From: Nemertoderma westbladi | Lineage: Eukaryota > Animalia > Xenacoelomorpha | Direction: 5' to 3' | Length of the DNA: 39,921 nucleotides | Assembly: GCA_032718475.1 (NCBI GenBank) | Contig: JAUCBJ010008203.1 | Span: 1-39,921, forward strand | In this document: one piece after another, positions 26,301-38,617 of the stretch | Numbering within the stretch: position 1 is the stretch's first letter | Layout: the number at the start of each line of letters is the position of its first letter | Program-made: the position numbers and the translations under genes | Notes under the pieces: model-generated | What the model saw: only the letters and a program-made list of their open reading frames with translations | Told to the model about the DNA's origin: nothing | The model's database searches: none

Positions 26301-29300
26301 TATAATACTATACGGCTATAATATTATACGGCCAATACGGCTATAATACTATACGGCTATAATACTATACGGCTATAATACTATACGGCTATAATACTAT
26401 ACGGCTATAATATTATACGGCCAATACGGCTATAATACTATACGGCTATAATACTATACGGCTATAATACTATACGGCTATAATACTATACGGCTATAAT
26501 ATTATACGGCCAATACGGCTATAATACTATACGGCTATAATACTATACGGCTATAATACTATACGGCTATAATACTATACGGCTATAATACTATACGGCT
26601 ATAATACTATACGGCTATAATATTATACGGCCAATACGGCTATAATACTATACGGCTATAATACTATACGGCTATAATATTATACGGCTATAATACTATA
26701 CGGCTATAATACTATACGGCTATAATACTATACGGCTATAATACTATACGGCTATAATACTATACGGCTATAATACTATACGGCTATAATACTATACGGC
26801 TATAATACTATACGGCTATAATATTATACGGCCAATACGGCTATAATACTATACGGCTATAATACTATACGGCTATAATACTATACGGCTATAATACTAT
26901 ACGGCTATAATACTATACGGCTATAATACTATACGGCTATAATACTATACGGCTATAATACTATACGGCTATAATACTATACGGCTATAATATTATACGG
27001 CCAATACGGCTATAATACTATACGGCTATAATACTATACGGCTATAATATTATACGGTCAATACGGCTATAATACTATACGGCTATAATACTATACGGCT
27101 ATAATACTATACGGCTATAATACTATACGGCTATAATACTATACGGCTATAATACTATACGGCTATAATACTATACGGCTATAATACTATACGGCTATAA
27201 TACTATACGGCTATAATACTATACGGCTATAATACTATACGGCTATAATACTATACGGCTATAATACTATACGGCTATAATACTATACGGCTATAATACT
27301 ATACGGCTATAATACTATACGGCTATAATACTATACGGCTATAATACTATACGGCTATAATACTATACGGCTATAATACTATACGGCTATAATACTATAC
27401 GGCTATAATACTATACGGCTATAATATTATACGGCCAATACGGCTATAATACTATACGGCTATAATACTATACGGCTATAATACTATACTGCTATAATAC
27501 TATACGGCTATAATACTATACTGCTATAATACTATACTGCTATAATACTATACGGCTATAATACTATACGGCTATAATACTATACGGCTATAATACTATA
27601 CGGCTATAATACTATACGGCTATAATACTATATGGCTATAATACTATACGGCTATAATACTATACGGCTATAATACTATATGGCTATAATACTATACGGC
27701 TATAATACTATACGGCTATAATACTATACGGCTATTATACTATACGGCTATTATACTATACGGCTATAATACTATACGGCTATAATACTATACGGCTATA
27801 ATACTATACGGCTATAATATTATACGGCCAATACGGCTATAATACTATACGGCTATAATACTATATGGCTATAATACTATACGGCTATAATACTATACGG
27901 CTATAATACTATATGGCTATAATACTATACGGCTATAATACTATACGGCTATAATACTATACGGCTATTATACTATACGGCTATTATACTATACGGCTAT
28001 AATACTATACGGCTATAATACTATACGGCTATAATACTATACGGCTATAATACTATACGGCTATAATACTATACGGCTATAATACTATACGGCTATAATA
28101 CTATATGGCTATAATACTATACGGCTATAATACTATACGGCTATTATACTATACGGCTATAATACTATACGGCTATAATATTATACGGCCAATACGGCTA
28201 TAATACTATACGGCTATAATATTATACGGGCAATACGGCTATAATACTATACTGCTATAATACTATACTGCTATAATACTATACGGCTATAATACTATAC
28301 GGCTATAATACTATACGGCTATAATACTATACGGCTATAATACTATACGGCTATTATACTATACGGCTATAATACTATACGGCTATAATACTATACGGCT
28401 ATAATACTATACGGCTATAATACTATACGGCTATAATACTATACGGCTATAATACTATACGGCTATAATACTATACGGCTATAATACTATACGGCTATAA
28501 TACTATACGGCTATAATACTATACGGCTATAATACTATACGGCTGTAATACTATACGGCTGTAATACTATACGGCTATAATATTATACGGCCAATACGGC
28601 TATAATACTATACGGCTATAATACTATACGGCTATAATACTATACGGCTATAATACTATACGGCTATAATACTATACGGCTATAATACTATATGGCTATA
28701 ATACTATACGGCTATAATACTATACGGCTATAATACTATACGGCTATAATACTATACGGCTATAATACTATACGGCTATAATACTATACGGCTATAATAC
28801 TATACGGCTATAATACTATACGGCTATAATACTATACGGCTATAATACTATACGGCTATAATACTATACGGCTATAATACTATACGGCTATAATACTATA
28901 CGGCTATAATACTATACGGCTATAATACTATACGGCTATAATACTATACGGCTATAATACTATACGGCTATAATACTATACGGCTATAATATTATACGGC
29001 CAATACGGCTATAATACTATACGGCTATAATACTATACGGCTATAATACTATACGGCTATAATACTATACGGCTATAATACTATATGGCTATAATACTAT
29101 ACGGCTATAATACTATACGGATATTATACTATACGGCTATAATACTATACGGCTATAATATTATACGGCCAATACGGCTATAATACTATACGGCTATAAT
29201 ATTATACGGCCAATACGGCTATAATACTATACGGCTATAATATTATACGGCCAATACGGCTATAATACTATACGGCTATAATACTATACGGCTATAATAC

Positions 29301-31243
29301 TATACGGCTATTATACTATACGGCTATAATACTATACGGCTATAATATTATACGGCCAATACGGCTATAATACTATACGGCTATAATATTATACGGCCAA
29401 TACGGCTATAATACTATACGGCTATAATATTATACGGCCAATACGGCTATAATACTATACGGCTATAATACTATACGGCTATAATACTATACGGCTATAA
29501 TACTATATGGCTATAATACTATACGGCTATAATACTATACGGCTATAATACTATACGGCTATAATACTATATGGCTATAATACTATACGGCTATAATACT
29601 ATACGGCTATTATACTATACGGCTATAATACTATACGGCTATAATATTATACGGCCAATACGGCTATAATACTATACGGCTATAATATTATACGGCCAAT
29701 ACGGCTATAATACTATACGGCTATAATATTATACGGCCAATACGGCTATAATACTATACGGCTATAATACTATACGGCTATAATACTATACGGCTATAAT
29801 ACTATACGGCTATAATACTATACGGCTATAATACTATACGGCTATAATACTATACGGCTATAATACTATACGGCTATAATACTATACGGCTATAATACTA
29901 TATGGCTATAATACTATACGGCTATAATACTATACGGCTATAATACTATACGGCTATAATATTATACGGCCAATACGGCTATAATACTATACGGCTATAA
30001 TACTATACGGCTATAATACTATACGGCTATAATACTATACGGCTATAATACTATACGGCTATAATACTATACGGCTATAATACTATACGGCTATAATACT
30101 ATACGGCTATAATATTATACGGCCAATACGGCTATAATACTATACGGCTATAATACTATACGGCTATAATACTATACGGCTATAATACTATACGGCTATA
30201 ATACTATACGGCTATAATACTATACGGCTATAATACTATACGGCTATAATACTATACGGCTATAATACTATACGGCTATAATACTATACGGCTATAATAC
30301 TATATGGCTATAATACTATACGGCTATAATACTATACGGCTATAATACTATACGGCTATAATATTATACGGCCAATACGGCTATAATACTATACGGCTAT
30401 AATACTATACGGCTATAATACTATACGGCTATAATACTATACGGCTATAATACTATACGGCTATAATACTATACGGCTATAATACTATACGGCTATAATA
30501 CTATACGGCTATAATACTATACGGCTATAATATTATACGGCCAATACGGCTATAATACTATACGGCTATAATACTATACGGCTATAATACTATACGGCTA
30601 TAATACTATACGGCTATAATACTATACGGCTATAATACTATACGGCTATAATACTATACGGCTATAATACTATACGGCTATAATACTATACGGCTATAAT
30701 ACTATACGGCTATAATACTATATGGCTATAATACTATACGGCTATAATACTATACGGCTATAATACTATACGGCTATAATATTATACGGCCAATACGGCT
30801 ATAATACTATACGGCTATAATACTATACGGCTATAATACTATACGGCTATAATACTATACGGCTATAATACTATACGGCTATAATACTATATGGCTATAA
30901 TACTATACGGCTATAATACTATACGGCTATTATACTATACGGCTATAATACTATACGGCTATAATATTATACGGCCAATACGGCTATAATACTATACGGC
31001 TATAATATTATACGGCCAATACGGCTATAATACTATACGGCTATAATATTATACGGCCAATACGGCTATAATACTATACGGCTATAATACTATACGGCTA
31101 TAATACTATACGGCTATAATACTATATGGCTATAATACTATACGGCTATAATACTATACGGCTATAATACTATACGGCTATAATACTATACGGCTATAAT
31201 ACTATACGGCTATAATATTATACGGCTATAATATTATACGGCT
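23331..31243. repeat. 7.9-kb 16-bp satellite (ACTATACGGCTATAAT)n, ~490 units, with recurrent 9-bp CCAATACGG partial monomers
   Basis: Period read directly. Very homogeneous, with no ORFs in the track. Confidence 0.98.
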
Positions 31244-31522
31244 CTTGCCGTAAAGCTACAGTATAAAGTGCTATTTTATGAACAATGACGTTAATGTTAA
31301 GTTTTAAATGTTCTCTGTTGTTTACAAATCCTTGTAGACTTATCAATGTAAAAAGTTAATGTAATCACTGTAGAAAGTTATTTGTAAACCACGTGACACA
31401 CGTATGGTTGGTGTTGAGAGAGATTTAAAAGTTATGTAAACAATGTGATGTAGCCATATATAATATGCTAGCCTGTCACACATAATAAAAGTATAAAAGT
31501 TTATAAATACATAATAACTATT

Positions 31523-32197
31523 TACATCATTGTATGCAAAGTAGCACTTTGCAGCGTTATGACCCGAGTTTATTTATGTACCGAGCGAGCGCAGCGAGGG
31601 AGGTTTACATATATAAACAAGGGTCTTTAAAGCTGAAAAGTGACCTTTGCAAGCAATGATGTATGTAATTTTGTTACATTATGTCAACTTATCAGCGTTC
31701 GGTATGTGAAGAAAGGATTTTATGGATGCTCATTCAAACATTTTAATCATGTGCTATTTCGAATATAAGTGAAATTTATTAACAGGTACACGGTATTAAT
31801 TATACATTTAAATCTAATTAAAGTTTATTGGAAGTTATATCCTGCATGGAAGTGATAAATCATTAATCCGTCTTGACTATAGTCGACTGAAGCAAACTTA
31901 GTCACCGTCTGTGTCCGTTCAGTTTTGCTGAACATTGTCGCCATTTTCTTTGGTCATGTTCTGTTTCTTCTATTAGACGTTTGAACATAATGGATTACAG
32001 TACATGTTAAACAATTATTTACATGCATTAGCTAGTCCCGTCACTGCAAACTGGATAATAAAGCAGCACTCATTAATATAAATGGAAATAATACATTCTG
32101 GAATACGGTAATTGAAGTTGTTTCCATGTCATTGATTACTTTGCAGCGTTACGATTAATTCACCAGAACGCTGTTAAGTTGACAGAATGTAACAAAA
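31523..32197. mobile_element. Non-autonomous palindromic element, Crypton-like architecture
   Basis: Imperfect palindrome at 31523-31663 around a GAGCGAGCGCAGCGAG loop, immediately followed by a ~35-bp inverted pair (31669-31703 / 32162-32197). Confidence 0.5.
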
Positions 32198-32284
32198 TAT
32201 TATTAAGATTATTATGCACATTAATATTTCTATAATTTAACTGATTCTATATAGTCTGGTTCCTTTTTGCCGAAATAATGATGG

Positions 32285-32578
32285 TGTAGGTACGCTGAGA
32301 GTCGTCTCTTTAGCGTCCCACTTTATAACATTATAATATTATAACAAAATATAAGAATAGGTTTTATATCCGTATTATATTGTCAATATCATGTTCAGAC
32401 AATCAGAAGCCTGACAGCCTAATGCAGTAGGCCTAAGTGCTACAGTATTGCACTGTATACTGAAAGTATATTCGCTAGTTGGGGCGAGCCATTCCGTGGG
32501 CGAGCCAACTAGTGAGTTATATTGAGCCAAGGGTCTTCAGTATCTTTTGTGTGCCCTTGTCCATGGTAGTCCGCTACA
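32285..32578 (-). repeat. 3' LTR (294 bp)
   Basis: TGTAG...CTACA termini. Direct repeat of 36405-36695. Confidence 0.95.
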
Positions 32579-33867
32579 CTACCCCCCCTAGTGATAGATC
32601 CAAGGTGATTGATTTCCCGAGTAGTACGCCGGCGGTTGTGAAATGCGACCAGAGCGAGTTTTAGCGCAGGCCGCGGTTGTGCGTTGTGTGGACACGGTGG
32701 GGTCTGGTTAGCGGCAGGTTTAGGTGCGGTCGGTTTGGGTACAGTTACAGCTGGAGCGGGATTGGGCGGATCGTCGAGGAATGCCGGTTTCAGTCGGTCT
32801 ACTGAGACGTTGGTGTTGCGGCCGTTTACAGACAGGGAGAAATATTTGTCGGCCCATTCTAGAACCTTAAAAGGTCCGTCGTACTGACACTGCAGGGGGC
32901 TCTTGTGGGCGTCGTGTCGGACAAAAACGAATTCCGTCTGCAGCAGGTCGGCGGGGATGTGTGTCCGACGGTGTCCGTGGCGGGTGGTCGGGGTAGCACG
33001 GAGGCGGCTAATGGTCTGCCGAAGGCCGGTGATGAACTCGCTGGGATGGGCGTGACAATCGTTCGTTGGGTCGGGGAGAAAAAATTCACTGGGAAAGCGG
33101 ATCGTAGTCACGTAGAGGAGTTCGGCCGGTGTGCAGCCGAGGTCTTTCTTCGGGGTGTTTCGGATTCCTAAGAGAACGAGGGGAAGTTCGTCCACCCAGT
33201 TCGCGCCGGTCAGCCGAGCTTTAAGGGACGCCTTAAGCTGTCTGTGGAAACGTTCCACAATTCCGTTAGACTGGTGGTGATAGGTGGTGGTGTGGTGTGA
33301 TTGTGAGCCGAGCAACATGTTGAGGGAAGCCCACAGTTCGGATGAGAACTGGGCGCCGCGGTCGGATGTTATGTTGGCTGGAACACTGTAGTGGGCCACC
33401 CAATGAGCGAGGAGTGCGCGGGCGCAGGATACGGCGGTGGCGTCGGCCATGGGGACAGCCTCGGGCCACCGGGTGAACCTGTCTATGATGGTGAAAAGAT
33501 AAGTTGCGCCTTGGGAGGGGGGAAGGGGACCCACAATGTCGACGTGGATCTTCTCGAAACGGCAATCCGGAGTTTGAAATGTCTCCAAGGGGGCCGATAT
33601 GTGGCGTTGAGTTTTAGCTCGTTGACAACCGAGACACTCCTTTGCCCACTTCCCGATGTCGCGGTGTAAACCATGCCAAATGAATCGTTTGGCGATGAGT
33701 CGGCGTGAAGACTGGATGGAGGGGTGGGAGAATCCGTGGATAGAGTCGAACACTCTACGTCGCCATTGTTCCGGAATAATAGGCCGAGGGTTGGGGGTCG
33801 AAACGTCACAGAGGACGGTGAACGCGCCATTCTCAAAAGGGACATCGTTGATGACAAGGCTCGTCAT
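32509..33867 (-). CDS. pol: Gypsy integrase (3' part of pol, split off by a frameshift)
   Basis: HGFSH...CLGC zinc finger; HVDIVG / TSDRGAQF / VERFHR DDE triad; YDGPFKV GPY/F motif. The true C-terminus ([10 protein letters not shown]...) is in another frame and ends at TAG 32588-32590. Confidence 0.92.
   Translation of the reverse strand: MTSLVINDVPFENGAFTVLCDVSTPNPRPIIPEQWRRRVFDSIHGFSHPSIQSSRRLIAKRFIWHGLHRDIGKWAKECLGCQRAKTQRHISAPLETFQTPDCRFEKIHVDIVGPLPPSQGATYLFTIIDRFTRWPEAVPMADATAVSCARALLAHWVAHYSVPANITSDRGAQFSSELWASLNMLLGSQSHHTTTYHHQSNGIVERFHRQLKASLKARLTGANWVDELPLVLLGIRNTPKKDLGCTPAELLYVTTIRFPSEFFLPDPTNDCHAHPSEFITGLRQTISRLRATPTTRHGHRRTHIPADLLQTEFVFVRHDAHKSPLQCQYDGPFKVLEWADKYFSLSVNGRNTNVSVDRLKPAFLDDPPNPAPAVTVPKPTAPKPAANQTPPCPHNAQPRPALKLALVAFHNRRRTTREINHLGSITRGGSVADYHGQGHTKDTEDPWLNITH
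32579..32590 (-). other. Polypurine tract
   Basis: TAGGGGGGGTAG immediately precedes the 3' LTR on the minus strand. Confidence 0.9.
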
Positions 33868-35843
33868 GGCTCGTCGTCGTGTTGGGCCTGGGACAATGCT
33901 GAATAGTCTATTTGTTGGTCACGGGATATAGAATTGAGTTCAGGTGGGTCTGGGATTTCAACTCGGGAGAGGGCGTCGGCGACGAAGTTGGACTTCCCAA
34001 CAATGTGTCGGACATCGGTGGTGAACTCGGACACGAAAGCGAGGTGTCGCTGTTGGCGTGGCGACCAGCGCTCCGAGGCACTGCGGAAGGCGAATGTGAG
34101 GGGTTTGTGGTCGGTGTATACATGGAAACTACGCCCCTCGAGGAAATATTGGAAGTGCCGAATACCCAGATACAACGCTAGGAGTTCGCGATCGAATGCG
34201 CTGTATCGGGTTTCGGCTGGGTGAAGCTTCCGCGAGGAGAAAGCAATGGGTTTCCAGGAGCCGTCAAGGAATTGCTCAAGGATGCCACCAACTGCTTTGT
34301 CAGAGGCGTCGACGGTGAGGCTGGTGGCGGCGGTGTGGCTCGGGTGGACTAGGAGTGTGGCGGAGGCTAACACGGACTTGGCGTTATCGAAACCAGCCAC
34401 CATGGTGGAAATCCAGACGATGGACTTTGCAGTAGAGGCGAGCGCATTGTGGAGTGGGTGGAGCAACTCGGCGGCGTGCGGGATAAACCTGTGGTAAAAA
34501 TGTATCATGCCGAGAAACTTCTGAAGGCCTTTCTTGTCGGAGGGGCGGGGGAAGTTCGCGATGGCCTCGACCTTCTCGGGTATGGGCTCGGCACCGGCGG
34601 CGGATATTCGGTGGCCCAGGAAGGTGAGTATCGGGACCCCGAAAATACACTTCTTCAGGTTGATGATGTGTCCGTGGGCGGCGAGGCGGCTGAATAGCGA
34701 CCGGAGGTGTTCGAGATGTTCCTCGGGGTTCGAACTCGCGATCAGGATGTCGTCCAGATAGACAAACGCGAAATGGAGGCCCCGGCAGACGTTGTCCATC
34801 AGTCTTTGGAAGGATTGTGCGGCATTACGGGTTCCAAAAGGCATTCGAACAAATTCCAATAACCCGAACGGAGTAATCACCGCAGTCTTTGGAATGTATT
34901 CCTCCGCCACCGGGATTTGATGGTATCCCCGAACTAGATGGACCTTCGAAAATATTCTAGTGCCGTCGAGTTGGGAGGAGAAATCCTGTAGGTGGGGGAT
35001 CGGGTATCTGTCGGGGGTAGTCGCGTCGTTGAGGCGGCGGTAGTCGCCACAAGGGCGCCAACCGCCGCTCGGTTTGGGGGCGAGGTGTAGTGGGGATGCC
35101 CAGGTGCTCGAGGAGCGGCGAATTATCCCCATCTGTTCCATTTGCTCGAATTCGCGTCGAGCGATCACGAGTTTATCGGGTGGTAGCCGGCGCGGTCGAG
35201 CGAACACCGGCGGTCCTTTCGTGGGGATATGGTGCTCGACGCCGTGTTTGGTGCTCGGTTGGGAGAAACACGGCTTGGTGAGAGCAGGATAATTCGATAG
35301 CAGTTCTCGATATATGTTGCTCGGTTGGTCGACAGCGTGGAGACCGGGGGCGACAGTATCGGCGAGACGTGCTGGAATACTGGCGAAGGTTTCCGCGTCG
35401 ATGAGGCGTTGACCGTGGATGTCGATGAGGAGTCTATTGTCACTGAAAAAATCCGCGCCGAGAATTGGCTGTGAGACGTCGGCGAGGGTAAATTCCCAGT
35501 TCATCCGGCCAAGGTTTAAGTTCAGGGGAATATCCTGAGTTCCATACATACGTATTGTGCTGCCGTTCGCGGCAACTAGCGGGTCGCTCAGTGTGGGAAA
35601 ACGCCGTTCTCGTGGGGATGCGGGAAAAACGCTCACCTCGGCCCCAGAGTCAATGAGGAAACGCAGACCGGCGTTTTTATCCCAAACGTAGAGTAGGCGA
35701 CTGGAACTACTCCGACCAGCTGAACTCGTCGCCACTGGCGGCTGGTCGGGCCATTTCCCGCCGGGAACGTGCACGGCCCACGGCAGTTCTTGGCTTTGGT
35801 TACGTACTTGCATGGTACCAGCACAAGGTGGAGTCGCTGACAC
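33864..35843 (-). CDS. pol: Gypsy pol: aspartic protease, reverse transcriptase, RNase H (functional entry probably via frameshift at ~35755)
   Basis: [10 protein letters not shown] protease; [19 protein letters not shown] and YLDD RT motifs; VDASD, DRELLA, TDHKPL and ADALSR RNase H motifs. Confidence 0.95.
   Translation of the reverse strand: MSATPPCAGTMQVRNQSQELPWAVHVPGGKWPDQPPVATSSAGRSSSSRLLYVWDKNAGLRFLIDSGAEVSVFPASPRERRFPTLSDPLVAANGSTIRMYGTQDIPLNLNLGRMNWEFTLADVSQPILGADFFSDNRLLIDIHGQRLIDAETFASIPARLADTVAPGLHAVDQPSNIYRELLSNYPALTKPCFSQPSTKHGVEHHIPTKGPPVFARPRRLPPDKLVIARREFEQMEQMGIIRRSSSTWASPLHLAPKPSGGWRPCGDYRRLNDATTPDRYPIPHLQDFSSQLDGTRIFSKVHLVRGYHQIPVAEEYIPKTAVITPFGLLEFVRMPFGTRNAAQSFQRLMDNVCRGLHFAFVYLDDILIASSNPEEHLEHLRSLFSRLAAHGHIINLKKCIFGVPILTFLGHRISAAGAEPIPEKVEAIANFPRPSDKKGLQKFLGMIHFYHRFIPHAAELLHPLHNALASTAKSIVWISTMVAGFDNAKSVLASATLLVHPSHTAATSLTVDASDKAVGGILEQFLDGSWKPIAFSSRKLHPAETRYSAFDRELLALYLGIRHFQYFLEGRSFHVYTDHKPLTFAFRSASERWSPRQQRHLAFVSEFTTDVRHIVGKSNFVADALSRVEIPDPPELNSISRDQQIDYSALSQAQHDDEP
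35712..35759 (-). promoter_or_regulatory. Candidate programmed -1 ribosomal frameshift signal (G GGA AAT plus stem-loop)
   Basis: Slippery heptamer at 35753-35759 in the gag knuckle frame (GCG GGA AAT), with pol in the -1 frame (GGG AAA TGG). A CCGACCAGC/GCTGGTCGG stem lies just downstream. Confidence 0.7.
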
Positions 35844-36324
35844 GGCGATCGGATGTGCTCATCCGAGGTGGCGGTTTATCGCCTCGCGGTGGGCGACTAA
35901 CTCCATACGCCGGGGTTTGCTGAGCCTTCGCCTCGATGACGGCGTCGGCAGCGTTTGCGAGTTCATGCACATCAGTGAGTTTGAGCGCGGAAACGTTTAT
36001 CCGGATGTCGTCGGAAAGCTGTTGAAGGAACAGCTGGAGGAAGAGGTGGTCGACTGGGTTGGTGCCGCGCCGTGTAGGGCGAGCATGTAGTCGAGCAGCG
36101 GCTTTCAGGAACTCGTATTTTCCTGTTGCAGGCTGGTTGGAAATGGTGGCTACTAACCGACTGGCCACGGTCTGGTCGAGCGCGGCAACGACGTAATAGT
36201 ACCGCGTTTCGTCCGCGGTTATAGCGCGTGTGGTGAACTGGGCTTCGGCTTGGAGGAACCACACGTTGGGTTCCAGGGGCCAGAAACAGGGAAGTTTCAG
36301 CGAAACGGCGTTCTGTTCGGCCAT
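35800..36324 (-). CDS. gag: Gypsy gag (CsRn1-type), internally deleted and frameshifted
   Basis: N-terminus [22 protein letters not shown]; LFLQQL...ADA; CWYH. The knuckle continues in another frame as KAKNCRGPC. Confidence 0.88.
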   Translation of the reverse strand: MAEQNAVSLKLPCFWPLEPNVWFLQAEAQFTTRAITADETRYYYVVAALDQTVASRLVATISNQPATGKYEFLKAAARLHARPTRRGTNPVDHLFLQLFLQQLSDDIRINVSALKLTDVHELANAADAVIEAKAQQTPAYGVSRPPRGDKPPPRMSTSDRRVSDSTLCWYHAST

Positions 36325-36385
36325 GGCTGAGTTCGCGTTCGTCCGGGCTGACTCGTGGTTGTGGTCGCATGTCGATTGGTAGACT

Positions 36386-36403
36386 AGAATCGCCGGGTCA
36401 CCA
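36386..36403 (-). other. Primer-binding site (tRNA-Trp-like)
   Basis: TGGTGACCC begins 1 nt after the 5' LTR and is complementary to the GGGUCACCA 3' end of eukaryotic tRNA-Trp, as known for the CsRn1 clade. Confidence 0.8.
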
Positions 36404-36404
36404 A

Positions 36405-36695
36405 TGTAGGTACGCTGAGAGTTAATTATAATATTATAATTATAGATTATAATATTATAACAAAATATAAGAATAGGTTTTATATCCGTATTATATTGTC
36501 AATATCATGTTCAGACAATCAGAAGCCTGACAGCCTAATGCAGTAGGCCTAAGTGCTACAGTATTACACTGTATACTGAAAGTATATTCTCTAGTTGGGG
36601 CGAGCCATTCCGTGGGCGAGCCAACTAGTGAGTTATATTGAGCCAAGGGTCTATCAGTATCTTTTGTGTGCCCTTGTCCATGGTAGTCCGCTACA
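36405..36695 (-). repeat. 5' LTR (291 bp), with TATA-like TATAAAA at 36478-36484
   Basis: Differs from the 3' LTR by 2 substitutions, one 1-bp indel and one block replacement. Confidence 0.95.
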
Positions 36696-37489
36696 ATGGC
36701 AAAGGCAAATTTGTGTAATGGCTGGCATCCAACGGTTTTAAGCTAAATCGAGAGTGCTGATTCCGAATCCGTCTGAAGCCAAGCTCAATTGTTAATTTTT
36801 GGGTCCCGTTTCACCATGGCAACTGGAGGTCATTTGCAAAACACCACTTTCTATTGACTCTACAGAATTCTAACCTTGACCTACCCCCCTAAACCGGCAT
36901 TAGAGAATCCATTGAGGTACATTTTAGAACACAGTTACAATGGCAACCGTTCGAAATACGTCTTCAAATGTTGTTTTTACTGCAAATTTAGGTGAATTTT
37001 TGCAAATTTCAATAGTTTTCTAAACCATTGCCAAATACGTGTTCCCTCCCCTTGGGCTAAAATCATTAAACATTCCAAATATATTTTCAATATGACCCTC
37101 TATATTTTTAATGGTGGCGCCATAAAATTGGATTAGCAGTTGCCATGTATCAATGGAGGGGTTATTTTGTGTTGTTATTTTGAGGTCCATTTAGGGTCAA
37201 TTACCTTACATGTTCATAACCCACGACAATTATTTACCGACGCAGCAAGTCTTTTCTTATTACCATAGCAACGGGAAACATTTTGTAAAATGTAGAATAT
37301 CCATCAGAAACTTGTCATCGTTTTTGTATTTTATTCGCCTTAGAGTTTAATAATTTAAGGATTTTTGATAATTAAAAGTATATGGGGTCTTCTGTAGTTA
37401 TTCTATTTGACAAAGTTATGTTTTATGGTCATGTCAAATTTCAAAGTCAAAATGCTTTATGGGCTGACAAAGTTCACTCAAAATTTTGG

Positions 37490-38617
37490 AATGCAACCCC
37501 GGCGCCCCCAGAACTCTCTAGGTGCAATGCAACCCCGGCGCCCCCAGAACTCTCTAGGTGCAATGCAACCCCGGCGCCCCCAGAACTCTCTAGGTGCAAT
37601 GCAACCCCGGCGCCCCCAGAACTCTCCAGGTGCAATGCAACCCCGGCGCCCCCAGAACTCTCTAGGTGCAATGCAACCCCGGCGCCCCCAGAACTCTCTA
37701 GGTGCAATGCAACCCCGGCGCCCCCAGAACTCTCTAGGTGCAATGCAACCCCGGCGCCCCCAGAACTCTCTAGGTGCAATGCAACCCCGGCGCCCCCAGA
37801 ACTCTCTAGGTGCAATGCAACCCCGGCGCCCCCAGAACTCTCCAGGTGCGATGCAACCCCGGCGCCCCCAGAACTCTCTAGGTGCAATGCAACCCCGGCG
37901 CCCCCAGAACTCTCTAGGTGCAATGCAACCCCGGCGCCCCCAGAACTCTCTAGGTGCAATGCAACCCCGGCGCCCCCAGAACTCTCTAGGTGCAATGCAA
38001 CCCCGGCGCCCCCAGAACTCTCTAGGTGCAATGCAACCCCGGCGCCCCCAGAACTCTCTAGGTGCAATGCAACCCCGGCGCCCCCAGAACTCTCTAGGTG
38101 CAATGCAACCCCGGCGCCCCCAGAACTCTCTAGGTGCAATGCAACCCCGGCGCCCCCAGAACTCTCTAGGTGCAATGCAACCCCGGCGCCCCCAGAACTC
38201 TCTAGGTGCAATGCAACCCCGGCGCCCCCAGAACTCTCCAGGTGTGATGCAACCCCGGCGCCCCCAGAACTCTCCAGGTGTGATGCAACCCCGGCGCCCC
38301 CAGAACTCTCTAGGTGCAATGCAACCCCGGCGCCCCCAGAACTCTCTAGGTGCAATGCAACCCCGGCGCCCCCAGAACTCTCTAGGTGCAATGCAACCCC
38401 GGCGCCCCCAGAACTCTCTAGGTGCAATGCAACCCCGGCGCCCCCAGAACTCTCTAGGTGCAATGCAACCCCGGCGCCCCCAGAACTCTCCAGGTGCAAT
38501 GCAACCCCGGCGCCCCCAGAACTCTCTAGGTGCAATGCAACCCCGGCGCCCCCAGAACTCTCTAGGTGCAATGCAACCCCGGCGCCCCCAGAACTCTCCA
38601 GGTGCAATGCAACCCCG
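37490..38617. repeat. 36-bp GC-rich minisatellite (AATGCAACCCCGGCGCCCCCAGAACTCTCTAGGTGC)n, ~31 copies
   Basis: Nearly identical head-to-tail copies with sharp edges and no spacers. Confidence 0.98.

Larger units (their letters stand above)
32285..36695 (-). mobile_element. Full-length Ty3/Gypsy LTR retrotransposon, CsRn1 clade, disabled copy
   Basis: Two TG...CA LTRs; 4-bp TSD ATGG (32281-32284, 36696-36699); PBS TGGTGACCC; PPT; gag-PR-RT-RH-IN order; CHCC knuckle. Confidence 0.96.

Noticed and set aside
23331-31243. Tandem bacterial -10 boxes (TATAAT)
   Set aside because: Part of a satellite monomer in eukaryotic DNA.
32364-32380. Similarity of LTR sequence (ATACGGATATAA) to the 16-mer satellite, suggesting an LTR origin
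   Set aside because: Only ~12 bp of AT-rich match to a minor variant, which is compatible with chance.
32479-36370. Many short alternative-frame and antisense ORFs within the Gypsy element
   Set aside because: Shadow ORFs of GC-rich coding sequence, except where they carry the frameshifted continuation of gag (35633-35824).
37490-38617. CRISPR array (36-bp repeats)
   Set aside because: Repeats are contiguous with no unique spacers, there are no cas genes, and the context is eukaryotic.
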